A stretch of 64,000 nucleotides of DNA from Rhina ancylostomus (taxonomy: Eukaryota), in assembly GCA_030265395.1 (NCBI GenBank), contig JARFYF010000052.1, positions 84,808,900 to 84,872,899 of the forward strand, read 5' to 3'. The notes beneath the pieces were generated by a model. It saw only the letters and a program-made list of their open reading frames with translations, ran no database searches and was not told the origin of the DNA. The stretch's first letter is position 1, and every line of letters starts with the position of its first letter. Shown piece by piece: positions 50,490-64,000 of the stretch. The translations under genes and the position numbers were made by a program.

Positions 50490-51300
50490 TTACAGAACCT
50501 ACCTGTGTTCAGTGATTGGGATAAAACCAGACAAATGGAGTTTAATATGGGGAAGTGTGAGGTCATGCCCTTCAACAAGAGGAATCAAGAGACATATTAT
50601 TATCTAAATGGAGAGAGAGTGAAAATGAGTGAAGTTCAGATGGATCTTGGTGATCTAATGCATGAATCACAAAATGTTAGCAGGCAGGTCCAACAAGTAG
50701 TATACTTAAGAAAGCAAAAATGGCATGTTGGTCTTTATTACGAAGAGGTAGGGAGATCTTGTTACAGTTCTAAGGGATGTTAGTGAGGCAATTCCCAGAA
50801 TACTGTGCACAGTTTTGGTCACCTTATCTAAAAAAGAATGTAGTAGCATTGGAGTCAGCCCAAAGAAGATTCACCAGGCTAATTCCTGGGATGAGAGTGT
50901 TGTCCTATCAAGAGACACCAGTTTGGGTCTGTATTCCTTGGAGTTTAGAAGTTTATTCAAGCATATAATATCATAATGGGTAGATCTGAGATGTTTTCAC
51001 TAGTGGGAAAGTCATAAATAAGGGGACATAGCTACAAAATAATGGTTGGTCATTGAGGAAATTATTTTCTCAGAGGGTAGTGAATCACTGGAATTCTGTA
51101 TCCCTGAAGGTGGAGTAGAGGCCATTGTCATTAGAAATATTAGAAGGTGGAGACAGATAAATATTTGGTGGTTCGAAAAATTGAGGGTTATATAGAACTG
51201 GCTCAGAAGTGGAGTTGAGGCCAGTATAGATCAGCCATGATCATGTTGAATGGCAGGCAGGCTTGTGGGGTTTGGTGGCCATTTTCTTGTGTTCTGTGTT
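50490..51300 (+). mobile_element. CR1 3' portion
   Basis: QMEFNMGKCEVM; EYCAQFWSPYLKKNVVALESAQRRFTRLIPGM. Confidence 0.9.
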
Positions 51301-54300
51301 CCTCTGGTGTTCCAGCCAATATTTATCACCCAACATTATTCGGTCATTTTTGATTTTAGTGGGATTTGCTCTGTCCAGATTGATTGCACCTTTCACTTTG
51401 TAACAGTTACTACACTACAAAATGCTTCACAGATATATTGCCGTCATGCTTTTGGATCATGTGAGTTTTTGAAATTTGCTATATAAATGCATCACATTTT
51501 AATTGCATTTTAGCAGATAGCGAAGTACAATTCATTGGGTGGAATTCTCAATTGTTTATGATCTTATAAGACTCCCTATCTGTTATTTGTAAATAATATG
51601 CTCCAGATACATATTAATGTCATGGACAGAAATCACTGGCTTTCTTCTAAGGAGGTCTTTCATTGGTCAGTGAAACCTAAAAGCCATTCATAAATTGTTT
51701 ATTTGCAATTGCTGACTGAAAATGTTTCTGTGAACAAATAGTGGAGACCAAGTCGTTTAAGTAATTGCCAGTGTTTTTGCAAGATTTCAATTAATTAGCT
51801 TGATGCCTCTTCATATAAGCCACATCCATGATAATTCTAGAAATGTTTAATTAGAAACTGTAAGGGACCAGTCAATGGTCACAACTCTAGCACAAACAAG
51901 GTGAAGTGTTAAATGGAAAGATGAGGTAGAACAAGAAGTGGCGGGTAGATGATAACTAAGGTTTTCTTGGAGATCGTCCTGTGTTATTTCATTGCAAGGT
52001 GGAGGAGCTCTTGCCTTTGTGCGTTGACAAAGTTCCTGCTGCACTTCTGTAAAGTTTTGATGCAGGATCACCTCCAAGGAAATTCCTCATCTTGAAGTGG
52101 GTTACAGTGATACATATTTATAGGTATTTCTCAATTTACTAATTTTCAGTTTGCAATTTTTTTGCAAAAACAGATTAACTCCTTGGTACTTGTCTTTGAT
52201 TTATGAATCTATTTCTCCCCATAATGAAAAAGCATGCTGCTCTGTCCATGGGTATACACTGTGCCAAGATACCTGCAATGTATTTCAATTTATAAAATTT
52301 CACTTGACATAAAACTTTCCAGGAATGCATTTCTTTCAAGTAATGACTGTATTTCATATTAAAATGTGTATTTTTATTAGGTATAGGAGACTGACCAGTG
52401 GGCACAAACAGAGTTCGTTGCTACTGGGATGTGGTGATCGTTGGCAAGGTCAGCACTAATGGCCTATTAATTGCCTTAAGAAAGTGGCGGTGAGCCCACA
52501 TGATCAAGGTGCTTGCTAGGCTATTTAGGAACAACTAAAATTTAATAATATTGCTTGGCTCTTGAGCCTTATATAAGACAGTCTGAAGAAGAATGGCATC
52601 TTCCTTATGAAAGGATATGAGTGAATCAAATGGGTTGGAGAGCCATAGAGTGATACAGCACAAAACAGGCCCTTAAGCCCAATGAGTCTGTGCCGACCAT
52701 CAATACTAATCCTATACTAACCCATTTTATTTTCCAGATAAATTATTGTTCAAAATAAACAGTTTGTTTCATGGCTACAATGACTGATTTTTAATCCAGA
52801 ATTAAATAATTGAATTTAAATTAAATTGCTACTATGATGGAAGTTAAACTTATATGTTTGGATCAATGATCCAAGGTTCCAGATTACTAATTTAGGAATA
52901 TAACAACTGTATTACAGATCCCTAATTTTTTTATAATTCATTTATAGGGTGTGGACAATCCTGCAAATCTAAGGTCTATTTCAATATTTGTCCTTGGTCT
53001 TGGTAAGCTACCTTCCTGAAGTACTGCAATTCATGTATTTGCAAATAAGCTCCTAAAAATTTCAAATGTTTTGAGTTTAGAATTTATTCAATTCATGTGG
53101 GGAGAGTTATTCTAGGCAGAATGTATTTTTTGCAGTGGTTCTGGTATCAATTGGATAGAAAATGTATTTTTTAAACTGATATCCAAGCCTCTGCAATCAA
53201 TTAATCAATCAGCTTTTAAATTATTTAAATTTCATAATAAGTTTCATTTTAAGTGTCTTTTCTTTCAAAAGACACTGACAGCTTTCCCGCTTATGGTAAT
53301 TTCTGGAAGGATTTACATGATCATTGGCCATATACTGACAATGCTTGTTGTGTCCGTTATTAATTCACTTTCTGACAGCAGCAAACACTACTGACTGAAT
53401 TTACTGGTTGAAAACAATGTCATAATAAAGACGCCTCTTATTTACTGAAGATTTGGCCTCTCAGCCAGATTTCATCGCTCACTCTCTAGATGATAGAGGA
53501 TGCCAAAAAAAAGGAGAGACAAGAAAGAAACATTAAAAGACAAGAAAGAATACTGAAGGATATACAAAAGTCAAAACTGAAGATTAAAAGATAATAAAAG
53601 CAAAAAACCCTTTTGAAGGAATGGCAAAAGACTGAAGAAATAAGACAGATTTATTAAATTTAAGCCCATTATTTCACTGTAAAAATGCAAAGAAAAATTG
53701 TTACAATAATCATAGTTGAGCACTCTGAAAATCTTCACATAAAACAGAATAAACTGTAAAAAATGGAACAAAGAATAATCAGATGGAAATTGAATCCTTA
53801 AAGTTATAATTAGTAACACCACAAGAGATCAAATGAAAAAAGTTTTGAGACCGTTATACTTTTGATGTTATGCTTCAAAATGTCATGTTTTGTGTTCAAG
53901 AGGAAAGTGAAATACTGTATATTTTCTGCTTCCAATATTCCTGGTACGAGCAGGTGACAATTCATAAGATACATCCTCACTCCGTTATTATTATTAGGAT
54001 CATTATTATTGTCAATATTGTAAGAAAGGTCATATTTCAAACCAACTGATTTCTGGATACAACTCAATTAATAGCCATGTGTTTGATTTGCAAAATCTGT
54101 TGAAACAGTGTATAAATATACTAGACTCACTGATAATATAACCAGAGTTATCTTATCGTAAGGCCATAGAGTCAGTGGAATTTAATATAAACCAGGAATT
54201 GTGAATCCAGTGTTACTGGAAAGTTTGAGAAAAGATGGCTTAACAAAACTGTTAAAAAGGACAAAATTGCAAATTACTTGACATGGTTATAAATGCCCAC

Positions 54301-55349
54301 AGTTCTATATTTGTACATTTTAGCTGAAGTTATACACATTTGGAATAGTTTTTTACCTGTCCAAATAATATTTGATAATACTGTCATTTGTCGCATCAGT
54401 TAATTTCAGTAGGTCACCGTGATGAACCAAAGGGCTCGTTTCTGTGCTGTGTGATTCTATGACTCTATGGTTTCTTCTCAATAATGTTTCCTAATAGAAA
54501 TTAGTTTTCAGACTTCCATAAAACTGTGATATAAAATCAATGGAGTAAAATCTTTAAGTACCACCCTTAACCTCTTCTCTCTGCAACTGCAGATTGGTGC
54601 ACTGTAACTGATACCTCTCTTTTCTTATCCTAGCCTTATTCTTTTGTTTCACTTTGTACTCATATAGGAAGCAAGCTCCAAAATGTGACAAAAATATCTA
54701 ACCCTGTATGAAATTAAGAAACTGTTGGATAGGTACATGGAGCTGAGTAAAACAGAAGGCTATGGGTAAGCTTAGTAATTTCTAGAGTAGGGTCATGTTC
54801 AGCACAGCTTTGTGGGCCGAAGGGCCTGAATTGTGCTGTAGTTTTTCTATGTTCTATGTGTTATGAAATAGAGAATATACAGGTAAATCTTTTATTACAT
54901 AGGATGTAATCAAAGTATATAGCTTGTAGGCATTGAAAAAGAATGAAATTTGAATCTCTAAAATTTACATATGAAAGAACTATAAATCACCATAAGACCA
55001 TAAGATATAGAAGCAGAATTAGGTTATTTGGCTCATCGAGTCTGCTCTGCCATTCAAGCATGGCTGATTTTCTTTTTTTAACCACATTCTCCTGCCTTCT
55101 CCCTGCAACCTTTAACCCCTTACCAGTCACAAATCAGCTATATTTGCAAAACAAAACATTAATAAACATCCAGCTCACTTCTTCAAAAATCAAAATCCAT
55201 CAGATGCTGGAAATTTGAAATTAAAACAGAAAATACTGGAAACTGTCAGCTGTTCAGGCAGTGACTATGGAAGTTTCAGGTTGTCCGGTATCTTCTGTTT
55301 TTACTTCAGCTCACTTTTCAAAGAATTTGATTGTACTGGCTAGGATACA

Positions 55350-55820
55350 GAACAGGTTCATCAGGATGTTATGAGGGATGAAGCATTTCAGGTATGAGGA
55401 GACATTGGATAGACTGAATTTGTTTTCCATGGAGCAGAGGAGGCTGAAGGGTAACTGAATGAGGTTCACAAAATTATAAGGGGGCACAGATAGGGTAGAT
55501 CATAAGAAGCTTTGCTCCATAGCAGAGATGTTTAAAACCAGAGGGCATAGATTTAAGGTAAAGGGTAAGTGGTTTAGCGGGGATCTGAAGAAATTTTTTT
55601 TTCAACTGAAGGTTGGTTGGAATCTGGGATGTATTCCTGAGGGAGTGGTGGAGGCAGAGACTCTCATAACATTTCAGAAATATCTAGATGGGCACTGGAA
55701 TTGCTAAGCATAGAAAGCTCTGAACCAAATGCTGGAAATGGGGTTGGTATAGAAAGGTACTTGGTGATCAGCCAAAGGGCTTGGTTTCTAGTTGTATGAC
55801 TCTTAACACTATGACTCTAA
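55350..55820 (+). mobile_element. CR1 3' end
   Basis: RFIRML...LNLFSMEQRRLKG...TRGHRFKVKG; tail tatgactct. Confidence 0.85.
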
Positions 55821-57679
55821 ATTATAGTTTTGTCCTTCTATACAGCATCGATAAACAAACTTTTTTTTCCTTCCATTCAGCAAAATGAAAAAATGCAGCT
55901 GCTGGATTCAAATGTTAAATTATGGCACTACAGTCATCATGATTTACAATTTTATTTTCTGATTTAGAAAATTTCAAAACAATGTTTATATTTCTACATA
56001 ATGTTTATAAAAGTTTATGGTCATACTTACAGAGAGGATCAGTATCTAAAACTTGGCTTTACAAAGGGTAAACATCATATTTTATTGATTATTCCATACA
56101 ACTTCCTTATTGTAATCTTCCTCGTATTTCATCTTCGTAAAATTTTGGTATGGTTGTGCTAAGATTAACCAAGGAATATGTTCCAATACTGGGATATTTT
56201 CATTGGAGAAAAAGGCAGCAGTGACATAATTATATTTACTGGTTTCTTACTGCATTGTCAATAAACAGCAGTAAAATTTAAAGCTTTCCTTTTGCTGTAA
56301 TTAACACAATTTTCTTGGCCTTCATAGACTGGAAATTTACAGGTTTTTTTTAATGTTTTGGTGCAATGTTTATTTTTATGAGGTAATGTTGGAAGTAGAA
56401 TATGTTTTCTGACTGCTTCTCGCATCATGTCAAATCTCTGTAAAAGAAGCTTCCATATGCCATTGCTCAGGTCATGAAAAGGCTTGTTAATGCCATGATG
56501 ATATCAAGAAAATAAAGTGAATGATTTTCAACAGTACTAGAGAGTAAAGTGTCAAGCTACTGAAATCTTTTCAAAATGACTGTTGCTAGCAGTGGACTTA
56601 GCCTGACTGCCTGCCAAAGATGTCATTTAAACAGTCTAGTCCTATTACTATGGTACCCATCAATTTACTGACACAACACCAAGTACTGGCTGAAGATCAC
56701 AGCATTAGGAAGCTAGCTATACTTAGCATTCTGTTACAATTCTGAAGCAATGTTCCTGATGTGTCAATGGAATAAAAAAGTATATTGTGATAAAAATTCT
56801 TCTTGCTTTGTACATTTAGATCTCAGGAATCATAATTGTTTGCTGCATGCTCCATAGCTTTGCTTTAACACTACCTTAAGAATCTCTCAGTGTGGATCAA
56901 GAATAACATAATCCTACTGATACTGAAACAACAATTTAATCTGATGTCAGGTTTGTCAGGCACTAATGGAGATACAATCCAATAAGCACTCGAGCACCAC
57001 AATTTCTGTAACATTCGTTGCATATCCACAAAATAAACAGTTCATNNNNNNNNNNNNNNNNNNNNNNNNNNNNNNNNNNNNNNNNNNNNNNNNNNNNNNN
57101 NNNNNNNNNNNNNNNNNNNNNNNNNNNNNNNNNNNNNNNNNNNNNAGTTCATGACAAATTTTGCCGTTTTTTTTCCAGTCATTTTCAGTGCCTACCTTTT
57201 GCTGAGCTTTCTTGGTTCTCATGAAAAAACTTTACAAAACATGAAGTTCAAATCAAATACAGTGCATTTCTTTAAATTATATGGTGTGTAAATGTCATCA
57301 ATCTGCATTGCCATGGGGCTGTTTTGTGGTTCGTTTTTGATGTGTGAAATTTAAACCATTTACTTTTTCAAAATAATTCCCTTGTGGAAATGCAAAAATT
57401 GTCAAATAACTAATAGCCTGCTCTGTAAGTCACCCATGTCATGCTCACTTTCTGATATTTCCAATGCTACTTGCATGGCATCAGATGGAACTCTTTCTTG
57501 AGAAAACGTTCAAACTCCTTCTGCTGGACATTTCCTTTGAATGAAGATTAATACGACATTAGGACTTGGCCAGGAATATAGGCTCTAGAACCAGGCTGTA
57601 CTTCCATTTTTAATGAGTATGACAATTACTACTTTGTTTGAATATTGTCTTCTGCTGCTACTGAAGGTAAAAGAAGTGA

Positions 57680-58045
57680 ACTTATGCAACAAATTTCACA
57701 ACCTCAGAATGTCTCAAAGTTCCTGTGAAGTGAAATTACTGTTGCAGTGCTGGGAAAGGTGGTGCCAAGTAATGCACAGTACTGTTCAACAAATTACCAA
57801 GTTACTGTATCTGTTTTTGTGACATTAGTTAAGGGATAACTTAAGAACAGGTCACCATGTCCTTCGCCTTTCTTCAAATAATGTACTGGGATATTTTATG
57901 TCTGCCTGACAGAAGGCAGGGCTTTTGACAGGAGTGTCTTTTTTGTGCTGAATTAATGCATCAGCTTTAATGATTTACTCAAGTCCTGGAGTATGGCTTG
58001 AACAAATGACTTGCTGTCTCAGAGACAATGCTACTAAAACCGAGG
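57680..58045 (-). mobile_element. Deu-domain tRNA SINE (SacSINE1/AmnSINE1 superfamily) with L2-type tail
   Basis: Deu core tcttcaaataatgtactgggatattttatgtctgcctgacagaaggcag; tRNA head at 57980-58045; L2-like tail at 57680-57730. Confidence 0.65.
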
Positions 58046-59539
58046 AGGCTGAGACCAGACCTGGCAGTGTCCCTGGAATGCAACATTACATAACATGAAC
58101 ATTTTGTAACTAGCTTACACTTTTGCAGTTCTCCACTTCCTGAGCCAATGATAATTAGGACAAATTTTATTTTAAAACATGAATGGTTCTTGATATTTTT
58201 GGTCTACACCGGTGTAAATTTATTTCAGCAGATTATATATTATCTTGTCCTGAAAACAGAAGGATAGTACAAAAAGCATATGAGCTGCAACAAGATATTA
58301 CAGCTGCATAATTTTATGAGCATTCTCATGCTATAATTGAAATGCATATTCCTTGTGGAACCCCCTTTAAGAATTCATGCTGGGTTGTAAAACCTTAGTA
58401 ACTTTAAGAACAACATACAACCTAAGCATCTTCATTCATATGAAAGATTCTTTGCTTGGCCTCTATCAGAGCAGAACTGAATCTGTTTAAGCTTCTGATA
58501 CAGTTTAGCATGTTCAGCAAGGATGAAAGGGCCAGCAAACAGAAAATTCTTCCTTAAGCGTTTGTGGCAGGTGCTCGTCATGCATAACGATCCTGTTGGC
58601 TTATCTTAGCAGAACTGTTCAAACCAGACATCTTATATGCTTCCACGCATTGGCAATGCAGACAATCCTGACACTTTCTACTAATGTACTCAGTTGTGCT
58701 GCACTGGACTCCAGTTCAGTGACTGGATGCCAATGTGTGCCATTATATAGCCTGTTCTCCTTCACTAAGCAAGGTTGACATGGCCTCATCTGTGAATTTG
58801 GCATGCCTCTGTCTGGCATTCTTCAGCAAAATTACTGTGGTAACAGCTGGCTTGCATTACACTATAACTTTAAGTGCATCATCTTTGCATTTATCTAGTG
58901 CTTCTCTGCATTAGTTAACATGATTATATATGTGTGTCAAGACACGGCTTTTAGTATGGCTACCAAAATCAGTCATCAGATATCAATTAAGCATCTTTTT
59001 CAGTAGCCTGCAAAAATCCAAATTAATATTTCATTAACCATTTGAAATCCAACATTTCAAAGTTTATTTCAGTTGAAATGCTAGATTAGCTAATAAAACA
59101 TAATTAAAGGGTTGGGGTTTCTGCATGTGTACCACAATGTCTTTTGTGTTCCACATCTAAGCTTACAGCACAGAAGGAGACTATTCATCCCCTTTCATAC
59201 GTACCAATATTCTGCCAGAATAGTGAAAACCAATCCTAATCAAAACCAGTCCTATTGCACGCTGTCTCACCATGGTCTTCTATATTCGTCTACTTCAAGG
59301 ATATTTCATGTATCCACTAAGATAAAACATTCTGTTCCCTGCTTAAATCCCCATCCTTCTTGCCCCTTGCTGTTAATTCTAAATTGATAACCGTGCTACC
59401 TCAACCAAAGGAAATTGATTTCCCCTGTTCATCCCATCAAAACTCATAATTTACAAATTTCTATTAAATATTCTCTTAGTCTCCTCTCTCCATAGTTTCA
59501 ACAGCTTGTTTCACCTTATAAATATAGTTCCCCCAACTA

Positions 59540-61361
59540 TATTCCAACCCAACTCATCCATGCAGACTGAGATGCTCATCTAAGCTGGTTCCATTTGCCC
59601 ACATTTGGCACATATCCCTCTAAATTTTTCCAATCCATGTACCAGCCCAAATGTCTTTTAAATGTTGTTATTGTATCTGCCTCAACCACTTCATATGGCA
59701 GCTCATTCCACGTAAGCACCACCCTTTGCGTGAAGAAGTTGCCCGTCAGGTCCCTTTTAAATCTCTCCCCCTCACCTTAAACCTCGGCCCTCCAGTTTTT
59801 AGTTACCGTTCCCTGGGCAAAAGACTGTGTGCATTCACCTTGTCTGTTCCCCTCATGATTTTATACACCTCTATAAGGTCACCCCTCAGTCTCCTACGCT
59901 TCAAGGAATAAAGTCCTAGCCTGCCCATAACTCAGGCCCTTGAGTCCTGGCAACATTCTAGTAAACCTTCTTTGCACTGTTTCCAGCTTAATGATGTCTT
60001 TCCTATAACAGGGTACCCAAAACCATACATGATACTCCAGGTGCAGCCTCACCAATATCTTGTACAACTGCAACATAGGTCCCAACTCCTTTACTCAATG
60101 TCCTGACTGATGAAGGCAAGCATGCCTTCTCCACCACTCTGTCTACCTGTGATGCCACTTTCAGGGAACTGTGTACTTGTACGCCTTGGTCCTTCTGTTC
60201 TACAACACTCCTCAGGGCCCTACAATTCACTGTGAAAATCCTCCCTTGGGCTGACTTCCCAAAATGCAACATCTGGCACTAATCTGAAATGAATGTCATT
60301 TGCCATTCCTCGGCCTACTTACCTCGCTGATTGAGATCTCCCTATAATTTTTTATATCCTTCTTCACTGTTAATGAATACCACCTATTTTAGTGTCAACT
60401 GCAAACTTAATAACCATGTCTTACATTCTCATCCGAATCATTTATGTAAATGGTGAATAACAATGGGTCCAGCACTGATCCATGTGGCACACCAGGAGTC
60501 ACAAGCCTCCTGGCTTGTCTTTGCTGTCCTCCTTAAACATAGGTAAAATATTAGCCACCCTCCAGTCTTCCAGAACTTCATCTGTGGTGGAAGATGATAC
60601 AAATATCTCTGCAAGGGCCTCCGCAATTTCTTCTCCGCTTCCCTCAAGGCTTGATGATGCATCCGGGGGATTTATCCTCCTTGCTGAGCTTTAAGACCAC
60701 CAATACCTCCTCTTCTGTAAGTGGTATATGGTCCCAAGACATCACAACTCAGTTTCTTCAGTTTGTTAGCTTCCATGATCTTCTTCACAGTAAAAACTGA
60801 TGAGAAATATTCATTAAAAATCTCATCCATTTCCTGTGGTTCCACACATAGATAACCATGCTGATCTTTAAGGGGACCTATTCTTTCCCTAGCCAAACTT
60901 TTACTCTTAATATACCCATAAAATCTCTTCGGATTTTCCTTAACCTTGCTTTCCAAATCAATTTCATGCCCTCTTTTTGCCCTCCTGATTTTCCTCAAGT
61001 GTACTCCTAAATATCTTATACTCATTGAGGAATTCGCTTGATCTTGACTGCCTAAACCTGATATATGCCTCCTTGTTTTCCCTGACCAGAGCCTGAACAT
61101 CCCTCATCAACTAAGGTTCCCTAAAATTGCCAGCCTTGCTTTTCACTCTAACAGGAACAGGCTAACCCTGAACTCTTGATATTGCACTTCTAAAAGCCTC
61201 CCACTTGCCAAATATCCCTTTACCTATCATACCCAATTGACCTCTGCAAGTACTCACCTAATGCTTCCAAAATTGGCGCTACTATAATTTAAGACCTTAA
61301 CTTGTGGACCAGACTTATCTTTATCCATAACTATTTTAGAACGAGAAGAATTATGGTCACT
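59540..61361 (-). mobile_element. CR1 ORF2, 3' portion of the host element (with an internal deletion near 60510)
   Basis: SDHN at 61361-61350; KVKENPKRFYGYIKSK...IGPLKD; LQLYKILVRLHLEY...FWVP...QRRFTRMLPG. Confidence 0.92.
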
Positions 61362-61611
61362 GAAGACCACAAGGGAGAGGACTCTTTGGGATAGGATTTA
61401 CGAGCATTTGGAGAAGAATAGTCATATTAGGGATAGTCAGCATGGCTTTGTGAGGAGCAGGTTGTGCCTCATGAGCCTAATTGAGTTTTTTGAGGAGGTG
61501 ACAAAGCAAATTGATGCAGGTAGAGTGGTGGATGTGGTGTACATAGACTTCAGTAAGGCATTTGACAAGGTTCCCTATGGTAGGCTTATCCAGAAAGTCA
61601 GAGGCATTGGA

Positions 61612-61917
61612 TAAGATAAGATGAGTTTTCTTTATTAGTCACATGTTCATTGAAACACATGGTGAAATTCACCTTTTGCGTAGAGTGTTCTGGGGGCAGC
61701 TCGCAAGTGTCACCACACTTTTGGCACCATCATAGCATACCCACAACTTCCTAATCTGTATGTCTTTGGAATATGGGAGGAAACCAGAGCACCTGGAGGA
61801 AACCCATGCAGACAAAGGGAGAACATACAAACTCCTTACTGACAGTGGTTGGAATTGAACCTGGGTTGCTGGCACTACAATAACATTATGCTAACTGTTA
61901 CACTACCATGGTTACCC
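61612..61917 (-). mobile_element. Full-length tRNA-derived V-SINE with (CTTAT)n-type tail
   Basis: A-box (TGGTAGTGTAACAGTTAG) and B-box (GGTTCAATTCC), V-domain, AATAAA and tail. Removing it rejoins the CR1 sequence ggcattgga|tccaaggagac. Confidence 0.88.
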
Positions 61918-62733
61918 TCCAAGGAGACTTGGCTGTATGGATTCAGAATTGGCTTGCCCACAGAAGGCAGAGGGTGGTAGTAGATGGAGAGTATTCTGCC
62001 TAGATGTCAGTGACTAGTAGTGTTCCACAGGGATCTATTCTGGGACCCCTGCTCTTTGTGATTTTTATAAATGACATGAATGAGGAAGTGGAGGGGTGGG
62101 TTAGTAAGTTTGCAGATGACATGAAGGTTAAAGGTGTTGTGGATAGTGTAGAAAATTGTCATAGGTTACAATGGGATATAGACAGGAAGCAGAGTTGGGC
62201 AGAGAAGTAGCAGATGGAGTTCAATCCGGAAAAGTATGAAGTGATACACTTTCGAAGAACGAACTTGAAGGTGGAGTACAAGGTTAATGGCAGGATTCTT
62301 AGCAGTGTGGAGAAACAGAGGGATCATCGGGTCCAAGTCCACAGATCCCGTCAAAGTTGCCACTCAAGTTGGTAGGGTAGTTAAGAAGGCATATGGTGTG
62401 CTGGCCTTCATTAGTTGGGAGACTGAGTTCAAGAGCTGTGAGGTAATGTTGCAGCTCTATAAAACTCTGGTTGGTCCACACTTAGAGAACTGTGCTTAGT
62501 TCTGGTTGCCTCATTACAGGAAGGATGTGGAAGCTTTAGAGAGGATGCAGAAGAGATTTACCAGGGTGCAGAGGAGATTTACCAGGATACTGCCTGGATT
62601 AGAGAACATGTCTTATGAGGAATGGTTGAGCGAGNNNNNNNNNNNNNNNNNNNNNNNNNNNNNNNNNNNNNNNNNNNNNNNNNNNNNNNNNNNNNNNNNN
62701 NNNNNNNNNNNNNNNNNNNNNNNNNNNNNNNNN

Positions 62734-62934
62734 NGTCGCCACGCTTCCGGTGCCGACATAGCACGCCCACAACTTCCTAACCCGTACGTCTTTGGAATGT
62801 GGGAGGAAACCGGGGCACCAGGAGGAAACCCACGCAGACATGGCGAGAATGTACAAACTCCTTACTGACAGCGGCGGGAATTGAACCCAGGTCGCTGGCA
62901 CTGTAATAGCGTTACACTAACTGCTACACTACCG
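62734..62934 (-). mobile_element. Younger copy of the same V-SINE (tail lost in gap)
   Basis: Colinear with 61708-61908 but retains its CpGs. Confidence 0.88.
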
Positions 62935-63341
62935 AGAGGTAGAAAATGCTGACAATAACAGGTTGGGCAGCATCTGTGGATAGTCCGAGGTATTGTGGAC
63001 AGAGTGAACAGCCAGCACGTTTTCCCCAGGGCGGCAATGGCCAACACCAGAGGACATCAGTTTAAGGTCAGAGGAGGAAAGTTTAGGGGAGATGTCAGAG
63101 GTAGGTTTTTTTACACAGAGAATGGTGGGTGCCTGGAATGCACTGCTGGGGGTGGTTGTAGAGGCTGATACAATAGGAACAGTTAAAAGACTCTTAGATA
63201 GGCACATGGATATGAGAAAAATGGAGGGTTATGGCTGTGTAGGAATGAAGGGTTAGATTGATCATGGAGTAGTTTTATATAGATTGGCACAGCATCATAG
63301 GCTAAAAGGCCTGTACTGTGCTATAGTGTTCTATGTTTTAT

Positions 63342-63905
63342 AGTTGCAAAGTGCTTCTCCACTGATACTTCAGTCACTTGCCCAACCTTGTTCCCAAAGA
63401 GGAGGTCCAGTGTTGTCTCCCCTCTAGTAGGGCCTTTTATGTATTGATTAAAGAGACTTTCGAGGGCACATTTAACAAATTCCACCCTGTCCAAGCCCTT
63501 TGCACTATGGGTGATCCAGTCAATATTATTAAAGTTAAAATCTCCCACAAATCTGCAATCTCCCTACACATCTGCTCCTCTAATTCCCTCTGACTGTTGG
63601 GGTCCTATAGTATGGTCCCATCAAAATGATCATCCCCCTTTTTCTGAGTTCTACCCATAAAGCCCCAAGAATACCCTCTCCAAGCACTGTTGTTATGTCT
63701 TCCCTCATCATCCCCTTCGTCTCTTACTTGTACTTCCATCAACCTGTGGCATCTTTACCCTGGAACATTGAGCTTTCAGTCCTGTCCTTCTCTAAGTCAT
63801 GTTTCTGTTAGGGCTATAATATCCCAATCCCCTGAGCCGATCCATGCTCTGAGTTCATCCACGTTACCTGTTAAGCCTATTGCATTTAAATAAATGCAGT
63901 TTAAC
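63342..63905 (-). mobile_element. CR1 ORF2 endonuclease, 5' portion of the host element
   Basis: LNCIYLNAIGL..DELRAWI..DWDIIALTET; MGDFNFNNIDW...PTRGETTLDLLF...GQVTEVSVEKHFAT. Confidence 0.92.
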
Positions 63906-64000
63906 GCACCTTCTGTCTTTATCAATAACTATGTTGAAGTAGAATTGTCTTGGTCAAGTAAAGGCGAATCCTCTTGCCGACGTGTAACCACAGCTAACCT

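Larger units (their letters stand above)
61374..63341 (+). mobile_element. 5'-truncated CR1 inserted antisense into the host CR1
   Basis: SQHGFVRSRLCLMSLIEFFEEVT...VDVVYIDFSKAFDKVP; SVPQGSILGPLLFVIFINDM...KFADD; tail tgttctatgttttat. Confidence 0.93.

Noticed and set aside
53505-53770. Purine/A-rich stretch giving hydrophobic minus-strand ORFs
   Set aside because: Low complexity, with no splice or homology support.
61840-61917. tRNA-like A and B boxes (also 22990-23065, 62870-62934)
   Set aside because: These are SINE heads attached to V-domains, with no complete cloverleaf.
36503-64000. Search for cfap299 exon 4 (GQEISGYIDYAHRLK motif)
   Set aside because: No matching codons found by eye. 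It probably lies beyond the window or in a gap.
1-64000. Prokaryotic-type systems (CRISPR arrays, operons, defence islands)
   Set aside because: The sequence is intron-containing vertebrate DNA with no regularly spaced repeats or dense ORFs.

Overview
This is AT-rich, CpG-depleted vertebrate DNA from a gapped draft assembly (12 N-runs). It is most likely a cartilaginous fish (shark or ray), inferred from its repeat content: CR1 and L2 LINEs, HE1/V-type and Deu-type tRNA SINEs, and Penelope-like elements. Two genes are supported, both on the minus strand. The first is the last two coding exons of cfap299 (C4orf22), at 36373-36502 and 32522-32617, followed by AATAAA. The second, about 23 kb downstream, is the promoter and first coding exon of bmp3 (9031-9316), matching the human 4q21 gene order. 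bmp3 exon 2 and cfap299 exon 4 were not found and probably lie outside the window. Most of the rest is decayed transposons and unique non-coding DNA. I see no wholly new protein-coding system. The most interesting hidden signal is RNA-level: many Penelope-derived termini carry a decayed minimal hammerhead ribozyme that can be reconstructed by comparing copies, and some form short fold-back units. Other notable items are a perfect 17-bp hairpin, a perfect steroid-response palindrome, a CTCF-like site, an extended CpG-retaining domain with a second promoter-like element upstream of bmp3, and a precisely resolvable nested transposon stack. All family calls come from motif recognition by eye, not database searches, and repeat boundaries are approximate.
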